64,000 nucleotides of DNA from Rhizaria sp. SCN 62-66. Its lineage: Eukaryota. Position numbers and translations under genes: made by a program. Below the pieces are notes generated by a model. The model worked only from the letters and a program-made list of their open reading frames with translations. It ran no database searches and was not told the origin of the DNA. Positions 11,998 through 26,200 of this stretch are shown one piece after another (the stretch's first letter is position 1; each line of letters starts with the position of its first letter). Location: positions 1 to 64,000 of the forward strand of contig MEDY01000008.1 in assembly GCA_001724265.1 (NCBI GenBank). Reading direction: 5' to 3'.

Positions 11998-13118
11998 TCA
12001 CAGCTGGCTAAACTGCGAGTCCTGATTGGTGTCGTCCTGCGCGCCGTAGCTGGTGGAGTTGCCAGCGCCGGCACCGCGGCCCTTCTTGCAGCCGTTCTTG
12101 GTAAAGGCGACCCCCGCGCAGACCAGCCCCCAGAACGCGACCCAGAAGGCGCGCTGCGGGCACGCCTCGCGGCCCACGGCGGCGCCGTGCTTCTTGACGT
12201 TGACGGCGCAGCCGACGACGATGTAGAGCGTCACGGCCAAGGCGATGATGATGAGGAAGATGCTACCGCCCGAGAGCCCGCTGCCCGTGCCCGCGGCGCC
12301 CTTGCAGCCGGAAGGGTGCTCCACCGTGAACACGGTCAGGTAGGGCGAGAAGCCAGTGCCGTCGGGCACGGAGGGCGTGCCGGCCGCGTCGGCGCACTTA
12401 ACGTAGACCTCGGTGCGGATGTTGGTGAAGATGGAGTCGACGCCGTTGGTGAAGACGAGCCGCACGCCCGCGTCGTCAGCGACGATATCGTGGATGTCCG
12501 CCTGCGTCTGCCAGATCGCGGCCGAAAGGTAGTACTTGTCCTGGGCCGTGGTGATGCACATAGAGGCATTGTCGGTCTGGCACTGATCGACCGCCGGCGC
12601 GACCCCGCAGAAATTATAATTAAAGTTGCGGGTGTTGACGCCGGTTGTCTTGACAGTATACATCTTGCCCGAAAAGGCGCTGAAGTCGTACATATCTCCT
12701 AAAGGGTGTAACAACAAGTACAGAAGCCAGTCACAAGTCAGGTAAACGTGATTTATCAGAGCCGTATTTCAGTGTTGGTTCATTTTAAGTTCGCATTAGT
12801 CGGTCTTGAAAGATCGACTGACTGACGAAGGCAGTGTTGATGTTCTCACATACCTTCTGATGTCTTGATCGTGCAGCCACCCGCCTTGTTATAGAGCACA
12901 GGATCGATATCCGTGACGGTGACGGTCGCAATGTCGTGGTTCGCACTCGCGGCGGTGGGCAAGGCGACGTCATCGCCCAGGCCAATTGCGTCACCAGTGC
13001 TACTTTTGACGGGCTCAGACACGACGGTGACGGTATCAGACAGCGACACTTCGCCAGCATATGAGACCGGTATGAGTGCAAGGAGGGCCACAAGAATGCA
13101 TCGCGTAGGTACGATCAT
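11998..13118 (-). CDS. Mannose-6-phosphate receptor homology (CD-M6PR/ATG27-like) type I membrane protein (~321 aa); exons 13118-12854 and 12698-11998
   Basis: Signal peptide, Cys-patterned luminal domain (C...YDFS...YNFCG), TM segment GLSGGSIFLIIIALAVTLYIVVG and cytosolic GREACPQRAFW. Phase-1 intron GTATGT...TTTAG. Confidence 0.75.
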
Positions 13119-13766
13119 CCTGATCTATATGGAGTTTTTGTTTTAGGTGTCGAGAGTGAAGTGAGCGTGCGTGACGATGCGTAGCAATACTGCACTGTGT
13201 GCAACACAGAGTGTGACTACGAAACAAAAAAAAGAGATATTACAAACAAACACTAATGACACACTCAACGCACCACGTCATATCTTTGTAACACCAGATT
13301 AAACTCTGTTACGCGATGCTGACGAGTAGACTTCGACAAGACTGAACGACGCGTCCCCTAATCTTTACATTTTAGCTTTTAGAGCATGGATATGATGACT
13401 GAAGCAATTTTGTTTTGAACTCTACAGACAAAACCCAACATTAAATCTCAAAGTATCGTGATAAACCCGCTCTGGCGTTCTGATACGGCATACATAACAA
13501 CATACTATCATCGCGTCTCCGATGAGGCGACGTAGCCGCTCGGTCGAACGCTCCCTCATGGCATCCGAATAGTTCCTACTAATGAATAGGACGCCGGCTA
13601 GCTAAGATACCGATATAATAATCTCCCAGTTGAGGATGTTTTTTATCACCCACATCTATCGCGCATCTAAAAGATATTGTCTAACCTGTCTCCGCCCGTC
13701 TTTCTCTTGTCAGCCCCACGCCACCCGTCTTTATCTGCTCCCGCATCCCCAGACTCAGGTGCTGGG

Positions 13767-14398
13767 ATGGCTTCGCTTCCGCCGGATCAGCCGGGATCAC
13801 CCACACCGGCTTCCGCGGAAGTCGGCGCAGCAAGCGATGCCCCTGCTGCGTCGTCATCTTCTGTCCTGGCGACTGTCACCCGCCCGCTGGCCTCGACCGC
13901 TTCGACGCTAGCATCGCTCGCGCGCGCCGCCGTCGCGACCCCAGGGGCCGTCGCCCGCAGCGCGCGCTCACTCGTCCTGCTCACCCGCCCAGTTGTTCTA
14001 TTGCTTCTGGCCCTGCGTCGCCGCGGCGCCAAATCGGCCCACACAATGACGTCTGCCGATGCAAACATCTCCAGTGCTGCCAGGGTTCGCAAGCGTGACT
14101 TGATGCGCCTTTTCGCGCACCTGTCTTGGAACTACCCCCACGCGCTCGCGGCGCTTCTATCGCGTTCCAAGACTCTCCTGCTGTCGCCCGCAGCGGTAGC
14201 CGCCGCTGGTGCCGTCACTGACGCTGCTTCCACACCGGCTGCGTCAGCTGCGACTCCCGAGGCTGAGGCGGAGAGAGAGGCGGTGCTGCTGCTGGCACCC
14301 GCACTGGCCACGCTGTTCCGCTTTCTTTGGGAGGCGCGCCCCACAGCCGCGGGCCTGACCGCGCTTGCCGCACTCGCTCCCACCACACACAACAACAA

Positions 14399-14429
<31 letters not shown>

Positions 14430-17400
14430 GGGTGCGCGCTGGCGGAGCGGCTGCGGCGAGCGCAGTAGCACGGTTGGGGCGCGGGGCAAGAGCGGCTCGT
14501 CGCCATGCTCAACAGCATGCTTCCCCGTGCGCTGCGCCCCAGCCACGCCGTCAGCAGTATCGCTGCTGATGGTAGCTTGAGCGATATAAGCCCAGAGCCC
14601 GCGTCTCCGTCCGCTCCCGAGTCTGCGCCTGCTGAGTGGCTGCGCTCGCTGCTGTCGTAGTTCGCTTTGCCCCCTGAGCTGTGCACTGCCGCCGCCGCCG
14701 CCGCCGCACCACTGCTGGCGCCCCTCAGTCTCGGCGGCGGCAGTGGCGCAGTGTCAAACGCGGCTGCTGTGAGACTGCACGTCGAGACGGCGGCTCTCAG
14801 CGGCGACGTTGTCTACGCTTGCCAGAACGCTGACACCGCAGCCGACTGCGAGCTGGGCGACAGCGCATCGACTGACAGTGTACCGAGGGACCGTGGGCCG
14901 GCTGACTGTGGGCCCTGGTGCGATTGTGAGCACCGCCGCAGCGTCACCGTCCCGCTCACGGTCACGCTCGCGTTCTCCCGCGCACAGTCCGCTGCCGCCC
15001 CGGGCTCTGCTCCTAACGCCGACCACACCAACAGCACCACGTCGAGCAGCAGTGCGCCAGGCGGAAACGCCGCGAACGCTGTGCAGACCGTGTGGGTCCC
15101 GCTCGCGCTCTCTCTCACGCTGGCTCTGCGCCCGCCGCGCGCGCTGCCTCCTCTGCGGGCCGCCGCGGCCGACGCGAGCGTTGAGTTCGAGCTTGCGCTG
15201 ACCTCGGTTGGCCGCGTCACCACAACTGCGACCACCACTGCATCTGCGACCGCGACGGCGACCGCGGGCGGCGGCGCTGGGCGCGCCACCGCGGGCGACG
15301 CGGGCTCAGCGTGTGCTGGAGCTAATGGGGCGCCGGAGCCCAGCGTTGTCATGCCCTCCAGCTCACTGCCCACGGCTGCTTCATGTTACGGTGGCGGCAG
15401 TAACGAGACTTGCGCTGGCCTGGACGCCGCCGCCGCCGCCGCCGCCGCAGTAGACCAGGGCCGTGGGCGTGACCGCCGGCGTGACCGCACGCCCGGCGCA
15501 GTGCGCGCTGTCACGCAGTCGCGCTCACGATCACGCCCACGGTCACGCTCGCCGTCGCAGACGCGGCGACTGGCGTCTGCCGCGACCGCGACTGCGGTGG
15601 CGGCTGCGGCCTTGCCCGCGCTCGCGCCCTCGGTCACCGCAGGCTCCGGCTGGGGCTTCGGCGCCATTTTCGCCCCCGTGCGCTCATTCGCCTCGGCCGC
15701 GGCCGCGCTGGTCTCCGCGGTCGCCGTGCCGTCGTTCGACGCCGAATCTAAGCCGCCACCCGCAGAAGTCAAGCCTGGTTCGACGGCCCCGCGCAGCCGC
15801 AGCAATAGCCGCACGCGCACCCGCAGCCGCAGTTGCAGCCGCGCTGTCCCACGTGAGGGGTGCGGCACGGGCGTGTGGCTAGGCCCCGTTACGCTGCTGC
15901 GGTCTGTCGAGGCCACCGCGCTTGCGACGGCGTTCCTCAGTTATCCGCAGTCCGCTACCAACTGCCACAGCAATAATGCCAGCACTGCTGGCGGCAGCGC
16001 CACCGCGCCAGCGCCTACGCCTGCGCCGAGCGCGGCTGCTGTCCTACTCTTCGCCAGCGTCACGCCGCCGCTGAGCAACGGCGACGAGGCCAGAGCCGCC
16101 GACGCCGCGGCCGCAGCGGCCGCGAGAGCGCCCCACGGGCTGCTGGTGCTTCCCCCCGCGCTGCTGCCGCTGCCGCCGCGCACCGCGCTTGCCGTCGCGC
16201 CCGCGGTCGCGCTGCCCCCCGCGCTCGCGCTCGCCGTGGCCTCAGCGCGCTCGGCGTGCCCGCCTGCGGTCCGCGCCGCCGCCGCCGCGCACGCCGCCGC
16301 CGCCGCCATCGCCGCGCTCGGCCGCGTCCCCACGGCCGCCGCCGCGCTGCTGGCCGCGCTCTCGCAGCAGGCCGGCGCGGGGACGGAGACGGAGATGGGG
16401 ACGGAGTCCGGGATCGTGACCGTGCGCTACGCAGTGCCGGTCTGCTGCCGCCGCCGCCGCCACCGCGCCGCGCCCGCGCGCACGTCGCTGCAGCTGCCGC
16501 GCGCCTTCCTCGCCGCACACTTGCCCGGCGCCAGCGCCAGCGTTGACGCTGACAGCATTGCTGACGTTGTGTCGTCATCATCGCCGCCGCTACTGCCGCT
16601 GCCCGCGGCGTACGCGCACGCCGCGCCGTACGCACTGCACCGCGCGGCGACCGCGCTGTCGCTGCTCGACGCCGCCGCGGGCGCGCAGTGGGTCAAGTCG
16701 GCCAGCGCGCGCAACGACGCCGCGCGCGCGCGCGCCGCGAAGCAGCCCGGCGGCGCGGCATCGCTGCCCGCGGCCGGCGCGGCGGTCTGGGGCGCGCCTG
16801 CGCCGACGGACATCGTGCTTGCCAGCACTCGCACTCATACATGCGCAGACACGGCTGCGGCCGCTGACGCGCCGTTAGACGTTGTGCCAGGTCTACGCGC
16901 TGACAGCGTTGTGACGTCGTTCCGCCTCTTGCCAGAAGGCTGCGACGCCGCCACTGGCCCAGGCGCTGGAGCGACTGCCAGCAGCGGCAGCTCCGCGGTG
17001 CCGGCTGCCGGCTGGGTGCCCCCGCACGGCGGCGACTGCGAGCAGGGCGGGCCCGCGACCGTGGCGCTGGGCTGGGGCGCGTGGCGTCGGCCTTGCGGCA
17101 ACAGCGACACCGGGGCCCGCGGCGGCGGCGCTGAGCGCGCGGAACAGCAGTGGCGCGAGCGGGTCGGCGTTTGTGCCACTGGCGCTGCCGTAGTCCCAAC
17201 CTCAGCCGAGTCCGCCGATTTTGCTACTGACGCCACGGCGGATGCGGAGGACACGACTGAGGAGGTCGAGGTCTGGGTCCTGCGTGGCGGCCTGACTTTA
17301 AGTTGTGACGGGCAGACTGTACGTATATCCCTGGCACAACATTCTTGGGAGTGCGGGAGTCAGAGTTCGACTCTGGCATGGTTTGCTAACAACGCTTTCA

Positions 17401-20063
17401 CTGCCACTTTTACGCTTGTGCCACCCAACAGCGCACTTGCGGTTGCCTGTGTAGCTGTCACTCCCAATACTGCTAAGCCTGCGATCGCGGCTCCCACTCT
17501 CACGATCGCACATCGCAGCTCTGCTCGCCGCGCCCCGATGCCCGCCACGGTCGCAACAACTCTTACTGGCGTTCTCTCTTCGGCCACGCTCTCGCTGCAT
17601 GACAGCAAGGACAGTGGCCACACGGCCGCCACGAGCAGCCTTGCTGTCGACTGCGACTGGGCGACTTTGGTGCGCAGCACCGCTCTGCCCGCTCTGATGA
17701 CAGTGCTGCACACCACGCTTTCCGCTCTCCCGGCGCGTGTGCTCACCGGCATCCTGGCGGCCGCGTCCGCGCTGCAGCGCGCACAGCCGCAACTGCATGA
17801 GAGCGCGTCGTGTCTCTGGGTCGAGTCGCGCTTGCAGTTCACCCCCGCTCACACCGCGAGTCATGCGGAGAGTTCAGAGCGTCGTTCTATCTCTGGCATT
17901 GAGATTAAGCTTCGTGGCTATGCCCGTGCTCGTGACAGCGATGACAATAATGACAGCAGCACGGGTGGTTGGACGTTGAACCTCGCACCGTTGTTGCGTG
18001 TATACGCTGCTGACGCCGACATCAGCGTCAGCCTTACTCTGTCTGAGCCTTCGACGCAGACGCAGACAGCTGTGCTGCATTGCTACTTGGCCGCGCTGCA
18101 CGGCGCCGACATCGCCATCGGTCCGTATCCGCACGTCAGCACTGCGGTCACTGACGGCACCAGCAACTTGTCGGCGCGTTTCGCCATGCCGTATCACATG
18201 TGCCAGATGCTGACCATCATGACGCCCGCCGCCACACTGCCCCTCGCTCTTGGTGCAAGCGGCTGCGGCTTCCGCGCCACGGCCGCGCCGCTGCTTGCGA
18301 TGCGCCGCGGCGTGCTGCGGCTGCGCCCGCGCTGGCCCGGCGCCGACGCCGACGCCGAGTGCATCGCATCTCAGCCGCCGCCCACGGTTGCCGAGCTCGC
18401 TGCACTGCGCAGCAAGCTGTCGAACGCCTCTAACGCGTCCAGTGTGAACGCGACCCCCGCGTCTGCTGCTGCGGTTATCGGAGCATTTTCTGTGTCCGCT
18501 GTCTCTGCGCCGAACGCGGTGCCTGTGTCGCCGCTGCCGCCCGCTGTGGCCGCCGCTGCCGCTGCCGGAGGGCGCGGGTTCATCGTGCTCGGCATGGAGT
18601 GGGTGCGTCAGTGTCTCTCCACTGTCGACCGCGCGATCATCGCCACGCTCACCAACCGCGACCACAGCGGTGCGACTTCTGTGGCCGTGGAGCTGGACCG
18701 ACTGTGCATTAACGGGTACCCCGCGGACGTCATGCCGACGCTGACCGCCGCCGCACCCGCGCCTGCCGCTGCTACGGCCGCGCGCCGCAAACCCACCGGC
18801 GCCTCGGATCCGCTACAGCTGGCGCCGGCGCAGCTGCCGTGGGCACTGTTCCGCTACCCCGCCGCCTTTCTGCCCCCGCGCGTTGCCGTCCCTAGCGCTG
18901 CCACCGCTTTGTCTGGCGCCGCGGGAGCGTCGCTGTCGCCTCCGGGGCTCTCTTCGCCCATGTCTCCGACCGCGGCTGACGCCGGCGCGGAGCCTGGACC
19001 CGCGGCTTCTCCCTCGACTGCCACGCCGTCACCGCTCCTGTCGCCGTCGCCGCTTGCGCTGTCAACCGCGTCGTCCCTCTCGTCTCCAGTCGCGCTGTTA
19101 GACGCGGCGGCTACGCCCAATGGCAAGCCCAATGCAGCCAAACTGACCAAGCCCGGCACCGGAGCGGCTCGCGCAACGGGCACCAAACCCGGTGCGAAGC
19201 CCACTGCGCCGGCCAAGGCGTGGCTGACGGCCCCGCTGCCGCGTCTTTCCGCGGCGGCCCAGCGTCTGCGCCTGCGCTTCTGGGCGCAGCTGGTGACCGA
19301 CCTGGCGCGCTTCACGCCGCTGGCCGTGCCTACGGCGTGGTCCGCGACCTGGGCCTTCGAGCACCATCTCCACGCCACACTCGCGCGCTCGCCGCTCGCG
19401 CCGCTGCTCTTTGCGGGCTCCGGCGCTTCGGCGGGCGGCGCTAAGGGCGCGCCTGAGATCTGGCCCGTGATCGCCGTCAAGGGGGTCGACTGCACGCTCA
19501 CAGCAACCCCAGTCGCGGACTTCAACGCTGCAAACACCGGTGCCGAGACCGCGAGCAATGTTGACTGGGCGCAAGAGAGCGATGTGGCGATGCGGTGGGA
19601 CGCGCTCCACGGCATGGTGCTGTACTTTGCCGATGACAGCAAGCACGACCTCAAGGTCAAACCGCACGCGCTCAACCCGCCAGCGCTTGCGGCTGCTGCA
19701 GCTGCGGCGGCGGAGCGTGGTCAGCCGGGCGAGCTGGGTCGCTCTGGTTTCGACATTGTGTTCTCGTTCCCCAACGCTCCTGCTATCAATCCCTGTGACT
19801 CAACATCTGTGAGCTCAGGACCGTCGTTCTGCGAAATCGGTCTCCGCGGGGCGACGGCGCAGCTCACCGTTGGTGCTGTCGCAGCGCCCGCGCTCCCCAG
19901 CAGCCAACCATCGTCGACCCCGACCAGCCCTGTTCCAACGACGGGCGGGCTTCCGCCATACGGTCCCGCGTTTGCGCGTCGGCTGCAAATGGCGAGTGGT
20001 CCAGCGGCTGATATGCTTGGCGACGGCACGAATGACACTGTGCTCTTTGTTTCTCCCCTCTAA
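13767..20063 (+). CDS. Large uncharacterised Ala-rich protein (~2098 aa); in-frame TAG at 14466 and 14658
   Basis: ORFs 13677-14468 and 14667-20063 are in the same frame and separated only by two TAGs within GC-rich coding-like sequence. Ends in TAA. Start uncertain; no recognisable domain. Confidence 0.65.
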
Positions 20064-20288
20064 TCCATCTAATGGTGATAGGTGTGTCACCAAAGAGTCA
20101 AATTTAATATGTCTTTATTTCGTTCTAAGTAACCCTGGTTTTCTACAGCTTAATGCCATCAGGAGAACATTAACTTAATCTACAGTCTATATAGCCCATT
20201 AAGCTCAGCACATCAACATGTGATGGGCGAATACATAATAATTCTTCGTCGCACTCTATTCCGATACGCTTAACCGTCATTGACTCGT

Positions 20289-23200
20289 TCACTTCCTCGT
20301 CTTGCCATGCTGCGGTGATTGTGGAAGCGAGTGCCTGAGCGCCTCCTCAACGCCCCGGGTGGCCTCTGCGGCCTCTGTTTGCGAGAAACCCGGACCACCA
20401 GCATCACGCCCGTGACAGCACCCTCCCTCATCATCACTGTCCAAGATCTCAATGACATCGTCGCTGTAGTCACGGCGCGGAAGAACGTGGTCAGGGCCAC
20501 TCACATCGCATGTGTGGGAGTGCGCATGAACGCGACGACGCTGAACAGGGGCACCCTCAATAACAGGGGAAATTGATTGGACATGCGTGTGTCTGTGATT
20601 GTGCTCGTTGACAGCATGAACGTGAGGTGCAGAAACAGATGCAGCACTAACATCGCGTTCACGCTTCATTTGGCGTGAATCGGCCGGTGCAACAGTGTTC
20701 TCAGTCTTTACCACTGCTGATGCTGAAAAAGATGACGCGGACGCGGACGCTGCAGCAACAGAAGCAGCAGCAACAGGAGCCGGTTCCGGCTTTACATTCG
20801 TACCACGTGCATTTGCCGGTCCTGCACTCGCTGCCGAACCAACATTTCCAGCGACCGCCGCGCGCCTCCTGGCGTTGACGTTGTCGACCGCAGCACTGCA
20901 TGAAGCCTGCACGCGCGAGACTGTGTTCCATTGCAACATCGCGACCATCGCATCCATCCTGGGCGGCTCGGGCTCAATAGCAAACATTGCTAGATCGCGC
21001 AACAGCTTGCGGATCGAAAGGTCGTTCTGTAACCCCATGGACTCGTTATCATCGAAAGTAGACATGGCGTCCGAGCGGCGGGGAGCATCTTCAACAACAA
21101 CATCGCTATCTGAGTCAGAGTCAAAGCAAATAATGGGGGCGCTCTCGGTAGTGTTCTCTTGCTTTACCCGAGAACCAGCAGCTGCCGACCGCGATGCTGT
21201 GGCAGACGCACATTGACGCTTGTAACCTTCAAGGAACTTCATGGTGTTCGTCGCACCCCTACATGTAATAGATGTTGCAGGTGCGGGGGCAGTTGCAGGC
21301 ACGCCAAGAATCCTCGAGACCTCGGCCTCAACCGTGCCACCAGCGGCTGCAACAGCATTCGCGGCCTCGCGCGCAGCCGCGAGCTTGGCATAATCAACAG
21401 CTGCCATTGTCGCCATAATGCGATCCGTCGCCGCAGCAACGTAGCTGTCGACAAGATTTGTGAACACAGCACCAGCGCCTGTTGCCACACTCGCCTGCGG
21501 CACACCTGCGGCTGCAGCTGCTGCTGCGGCAGCTGCGGCTGCCTTCTTGCCACCCTTAGGCTTCGATGCAGCGACAGGAGCAAGTCCGCCACCAAAGGCC
21601 TCGCCCTCACCTGCGGCGGCCGCAGCAACTGCCGCGGCGGCCTCGGTGTCGACGTAGTTCCGCAGCACGCGCGTGAAGACAACGGGGTCGAGCTGCTCCA
21701 TGCCCAGAGTCGGCAATAGCGACGGCGGCGCGGGAATCATCACGGCCTCACGGTTAAAGCCAACGGTCTGTGGACACGGTGCTGCGGCTAACGAGCCAGC
21801 AGCACCTGCGGCCGCGAGCGACGCTGCGCGAGACTCCAGCTGCTGGCGCGCGGCCGTAGCGGCCTCAACAGCAGCCTGGCCACGGACGGCACGAGCAAGC
21901 TGCGCCGTTTCCGTCGCAAGCGAAAGTCGGTCTTCGCCCGGAAACATGATACCGGTCGCACGCCCTGCAAGCCCGCGCACCTGTGCGCCTGTCGCGGCCG
22001 CGAGGGCGGCAGACTTGGCATCCACCGCGACCGCTGCGGCCGATGAGTTCAGCAAGCGCACTGCGTCCGCAATAGCCTGCTGCTCGGCAGTTCCTGTTCC
22101 GCTTGCTACAGCTGCTGCAGCGTCAGCGGCAGCGGCCGCAGCAGCTGCTCCAGGCACATTGCGTAGCGCGGCAGCCTGGTCGGGCCGCAGGGGCTCCCGC
22201 ACCTGCAAAGCAAGCCGCATCAGGGTCGACTCCATCACACTTGCGGTGACGTCGTCGTTGAACGCTTCCATGTTGGCTTCTCCGCCGGCGTTAGGGCCGT
22301 CGCCAGCGAGGGCGTGCAGCGAGGTAGCAAATCCGATCGAGTCGATGACTGAGTTGAGCTGCGCAGGATCGTAACGCACCGGCCGCGCCTGACCCTCTCC
22401 GATGTCGTCCTGCATGTCTGCCGCGGCGGCAGCGTCGCCGGCGCCGCTGCGACGGGACTCGGCAAGCATCGGTCCAAACAGACCGTGGCCGCGCAGACGT
22501 GACGAAATACCTCGCAACGGGTCGCGACCGCCAGCACCGCCGCCGTCTTGATCGTCGTCGTCGTAGCCGTCATCGTCGTCATCAAAACCAGCGCCGGCAG
22601 CGTCCCCCTCGGCGCCTGCCGAGCGAGCCCCAGTGAGCTTGCGACGCGCCTTGGCGACCATGTTGGCCCGGCGGGCGCGCGTCTCGTGCAGGATCGAGTC
22701 CGCGTTGGCGACGTAGTGCTCGAACCCGTGGTGGAATCGCGCGACCGAGGGCGGCGTCGGCACCGCGCCCCAGTCAACGCGGAGGCGCACAAGCGGCCGC
22801 GCGAGGTACGCCGCGGGCGACGTCAATGCGGCGTCCGAGTCGTCCTTGACGTCCATAGCCGCGGCAGCAGCTTCGTTCGCGGCGGTGACCGCAGCAGGAA
22901 TGTGCGCCGCGTCTGCAGCCTCGAGGGCAGCGAGCACGGCAGCTGTGACGCGACTGGTCTCTCGCGCGCGCTCGCGGGCACGAGCCTGGTCATACGCCTG
23001 CGCCACAGGGGCGGCGACGGCCCGCATCGCCCGCTCCGGCGGAGGCTCCTCCAGCAGTGGATGCTGCATGGGCTTCGCAAGAACCCTGCGCTCAGCGTCG
23101 TTGGCGAGAGCCTCACTGCCGTCGGGACGCGCAAGAGCAGCGGCGCGCGCGGCGGCAATAGCAGCGCGAATTGGACGAGAAATTGCATTCACAGGGACGT

Positions 23201-26200
23201 AACGGTTATCGATCATGGGGGCGTCGTCGCCGTCGTCATCACCAGTAGCGGCGCCCATGTGCGTGACAGCGACGGAGGACGAGCCCGGGGACTGGTTGAG
23301 GCAAGAGCTGGCAGAGAGCACCGTCCCCGCACCAGGCCCGCGGCCCCAAATGCCCTCTTCTTCCTCCTCCTCGTCGTCGTCGTTGAAATCGTTGGCGATG
23401 ACTACACCGCCGTCGCTGTCGTCATCGCTGTCAACAGCTGCCCCGCCACGCTTCGCACCGGCCTTGGGCCTCCCACGCTTCGCAGTCTTGCCCGTCTGCG
23501 CCTGCTCGCGCGCCTGCTGCTGCGCCTGCCTTTGCGCGCGGCGCTGCGCCTTAGCCGCCTCGCGCTCGCTCGCGCGCATCTGCCGGCCCCGGGCCGCGGC
23601 CGCGAGCACGGCGTCAGAGTTGCGCAGCGGGCCCGTGTGTAAGCGCAGTAGGATGCTGCGGTACGCGTCGCTGATCGCAGACCGCACGACGGCGGCCAGG
23701 TGCAGCAGCACGATCTCCCCGAGCAGGGGCGAGTGCGCCACGAAGTGAGGCACGCGCGTGGCCTCGCCGCGGCGCGCGCGCGTGGCCACGGGGCCAATGT
23801 AGTTGACCCCGCCGGGCGCGTCCCAGCCCCACTCGGAGTCATTTTCACCCGACAGCACGGCGGCGTTGCTGTTTGCGCCACGGCCGCCACCGGGCATCAC
23901 GCCGCTGTTCACGCTGACGCCAAAAGCGGCGAGCCCACCGAGCGACTTAGAAGCTGCCGCAGCGGCAGCAGCTGTCGCAGCAGTGCGGCCACGGGCGCTA
24001 CTCCCGCCTGCAGAGCCACCAATGGTGTCATCGCCGGCAAGCTCACCATCGTGCTGCATACGTTGGTATTCAAACCAGAGGTCGTGGACAAGTTGAGGCG
24101 TGAACAAAACGTCACGAAGTTCGTACGCACGCACTGAGTTCAGCGGCACAAAGAAGTTCCTAAAAGAGAGAAACAAGAATGGATACAAAGTCAGCACAAG
24201 AAAAGAAGAACCCACATTGAAATCGTCAACAGCGCAATGTTATCAAACAATCCAGTTCACATGAGACATTGTTGTGCTTACCTAAACGAGTCTTTGTCGA
24301 ACTCAAGGATTGACACGTGTTTCGGCGCGACTTCGCTACGAGACAGTGACGTTGCAACTGACGAGCCGGGCTGCAAGATGAGCATCGGGCCCTCATCCTC
24401 AACATACACTTTGTCGAACTTCTGAGTGCGCGCCGTGGCCGCCGCAGCTGCGGCTGCGCGTCGCTCCCGCCGCGCCGCGCGCTGCTGCTTCTTCTTGCGG
24501 CGGCGCTCAGCCTCGCGCCCGCGGCCGCCGTCGCTGCCGCTGTCGCTCTCGCTGTCACTCTGAGCGGCATCCTCCGCGTTGCTTTGGTTCGGCACAAAGA
24601 GCACCGCCCTGGCGCGCGGGTCCAGCGTGAGCCTCGACTCGTGCTCGTGCCCCCACACGGCGAGCTCCATCCACGGCGGCAGCCACTCGGGGTCCAGGTG
24701 GCTGTTGTACTCGCGCGCGTGCCGGTTCCTGTTCTGGTGCACGACGGCGACGTTGAACCAGCGCCCGTCGGGGGAAAACTCGCCCTCGGAGGCGGCGATG
24801 CTGGCCTCGCTCATCGTGCGCACGGTACCGTCGGGGTTCAGCGTCGGGAACAGCACACGCTCGCCGATCGCGGCCACCGCGGGGTCGTCGTTGGGCCGCG
24901 CCTCAAGCACGGGCCGGCGCCACGACACGCGGCCGCGCTCGAACGTGTTGTACAGCCGGTCGTCGCGCACGTTGCCGAGCCCGTAGAGCGCGACGCGCGT
25001 GTCACCCTTGGCGAGGCAAACAGGCGCGATCGAAATCGTCTCCGGGTCCGCCGTCTTGCCCAGGTAGTTAAGCAGGCGCACCGAGTGTAGGATCTCAATC
25101 GCGGACGTGTTCTGCGGGCCCGGTGGGTCGTGGTTGCCGTGGATCGCGAACACGGGAAGCTGGATGTTGAAGTTGGCATCGCGGAAGTTGAGCTGCCCGT
25201 CGACAAATGTCTCGTTGCAGTCGGACACAACGTCAAACGACACGGGCTCGTTGCCAAAGCAGTAGTCGCGCAACGTCTGTGACACGCGGTTGAGCGTGCG
25301 CTGCGACGGCTTCGCGAGGTCGAACAGGTCGCCTCCAATGATCACGCAGTCGCAGAAGTTGTCGATGGCGATGCGGAAAGCTTCCTCAAGCGAGCGAAAC
25401 GAATCCTCGCGGCGTAGCGCGTCACCCTCCTGGTGGCCGACGTGGTTGTCCGTGGTCACAAGTACTCGCAGCGTGTTGGGCCCGGGCTGCGGCGCCGAGC
25501 CGTCGCGCGCGAGTGCGTAGCGCAACGGGTAGTCTGGCCACCCCGCCTCGGCCGCGGCCGCGCGCTCGCTCGCGGTCGCGCCGCCGCCTGAATGCGAGAG
25601 CTGCGACAGTCGCGGCTCCCAGCTGTCGCCCAGCGCGCCGGCGTCATCCATCGACGCGCACGCGGCGGTGAAGGCCGCGAGCGCGGGGCTCTGGCGGCCC
25701 GCGCTGGCTGCGGACCCGCTGCCGCGCCGTTGGGCGAACGGAGCTGCCACAGCCGCGGCGGCTTCGGTGGCCGCAGCGGCAATCGCAACCTGTTGCTGTG
25801 TGAGATGCTTCACACCACGACGAGCATTCGCAGCGTCGTTGCCGCCAGCGCCGTCTGAGCCAAGGCTGCCCCCGGAGGTCTGACTGGCGCCGAGGTGCGT
25901 CTGACTCGCGTCGTACGCAAGACTGCTGTCGTGCGGGGGGCTGCTGCCGTAGACCTGGTTATCATCAAACGCCTGGCTTAGCCGCGGCATCGCGTATACT
26001 GGCAGCGCATGCTTCGCGGCTGTGGAGCCCGTGTTGCTGCGCCGCAGCGCGTTTCTGTTGCTGTTGCCGCCGCTGGGGGCGGGGGAATGCGGGGCGCGCG
26101 CGGGCGAAGCCGTCCGGGAGGCGGTGGGCGAGCGCATCGCGTCCGCGTTGTTGTTACCATTGCTGATAACGCCCGCGCTGCTCCTCGAGCTAGACGCGCT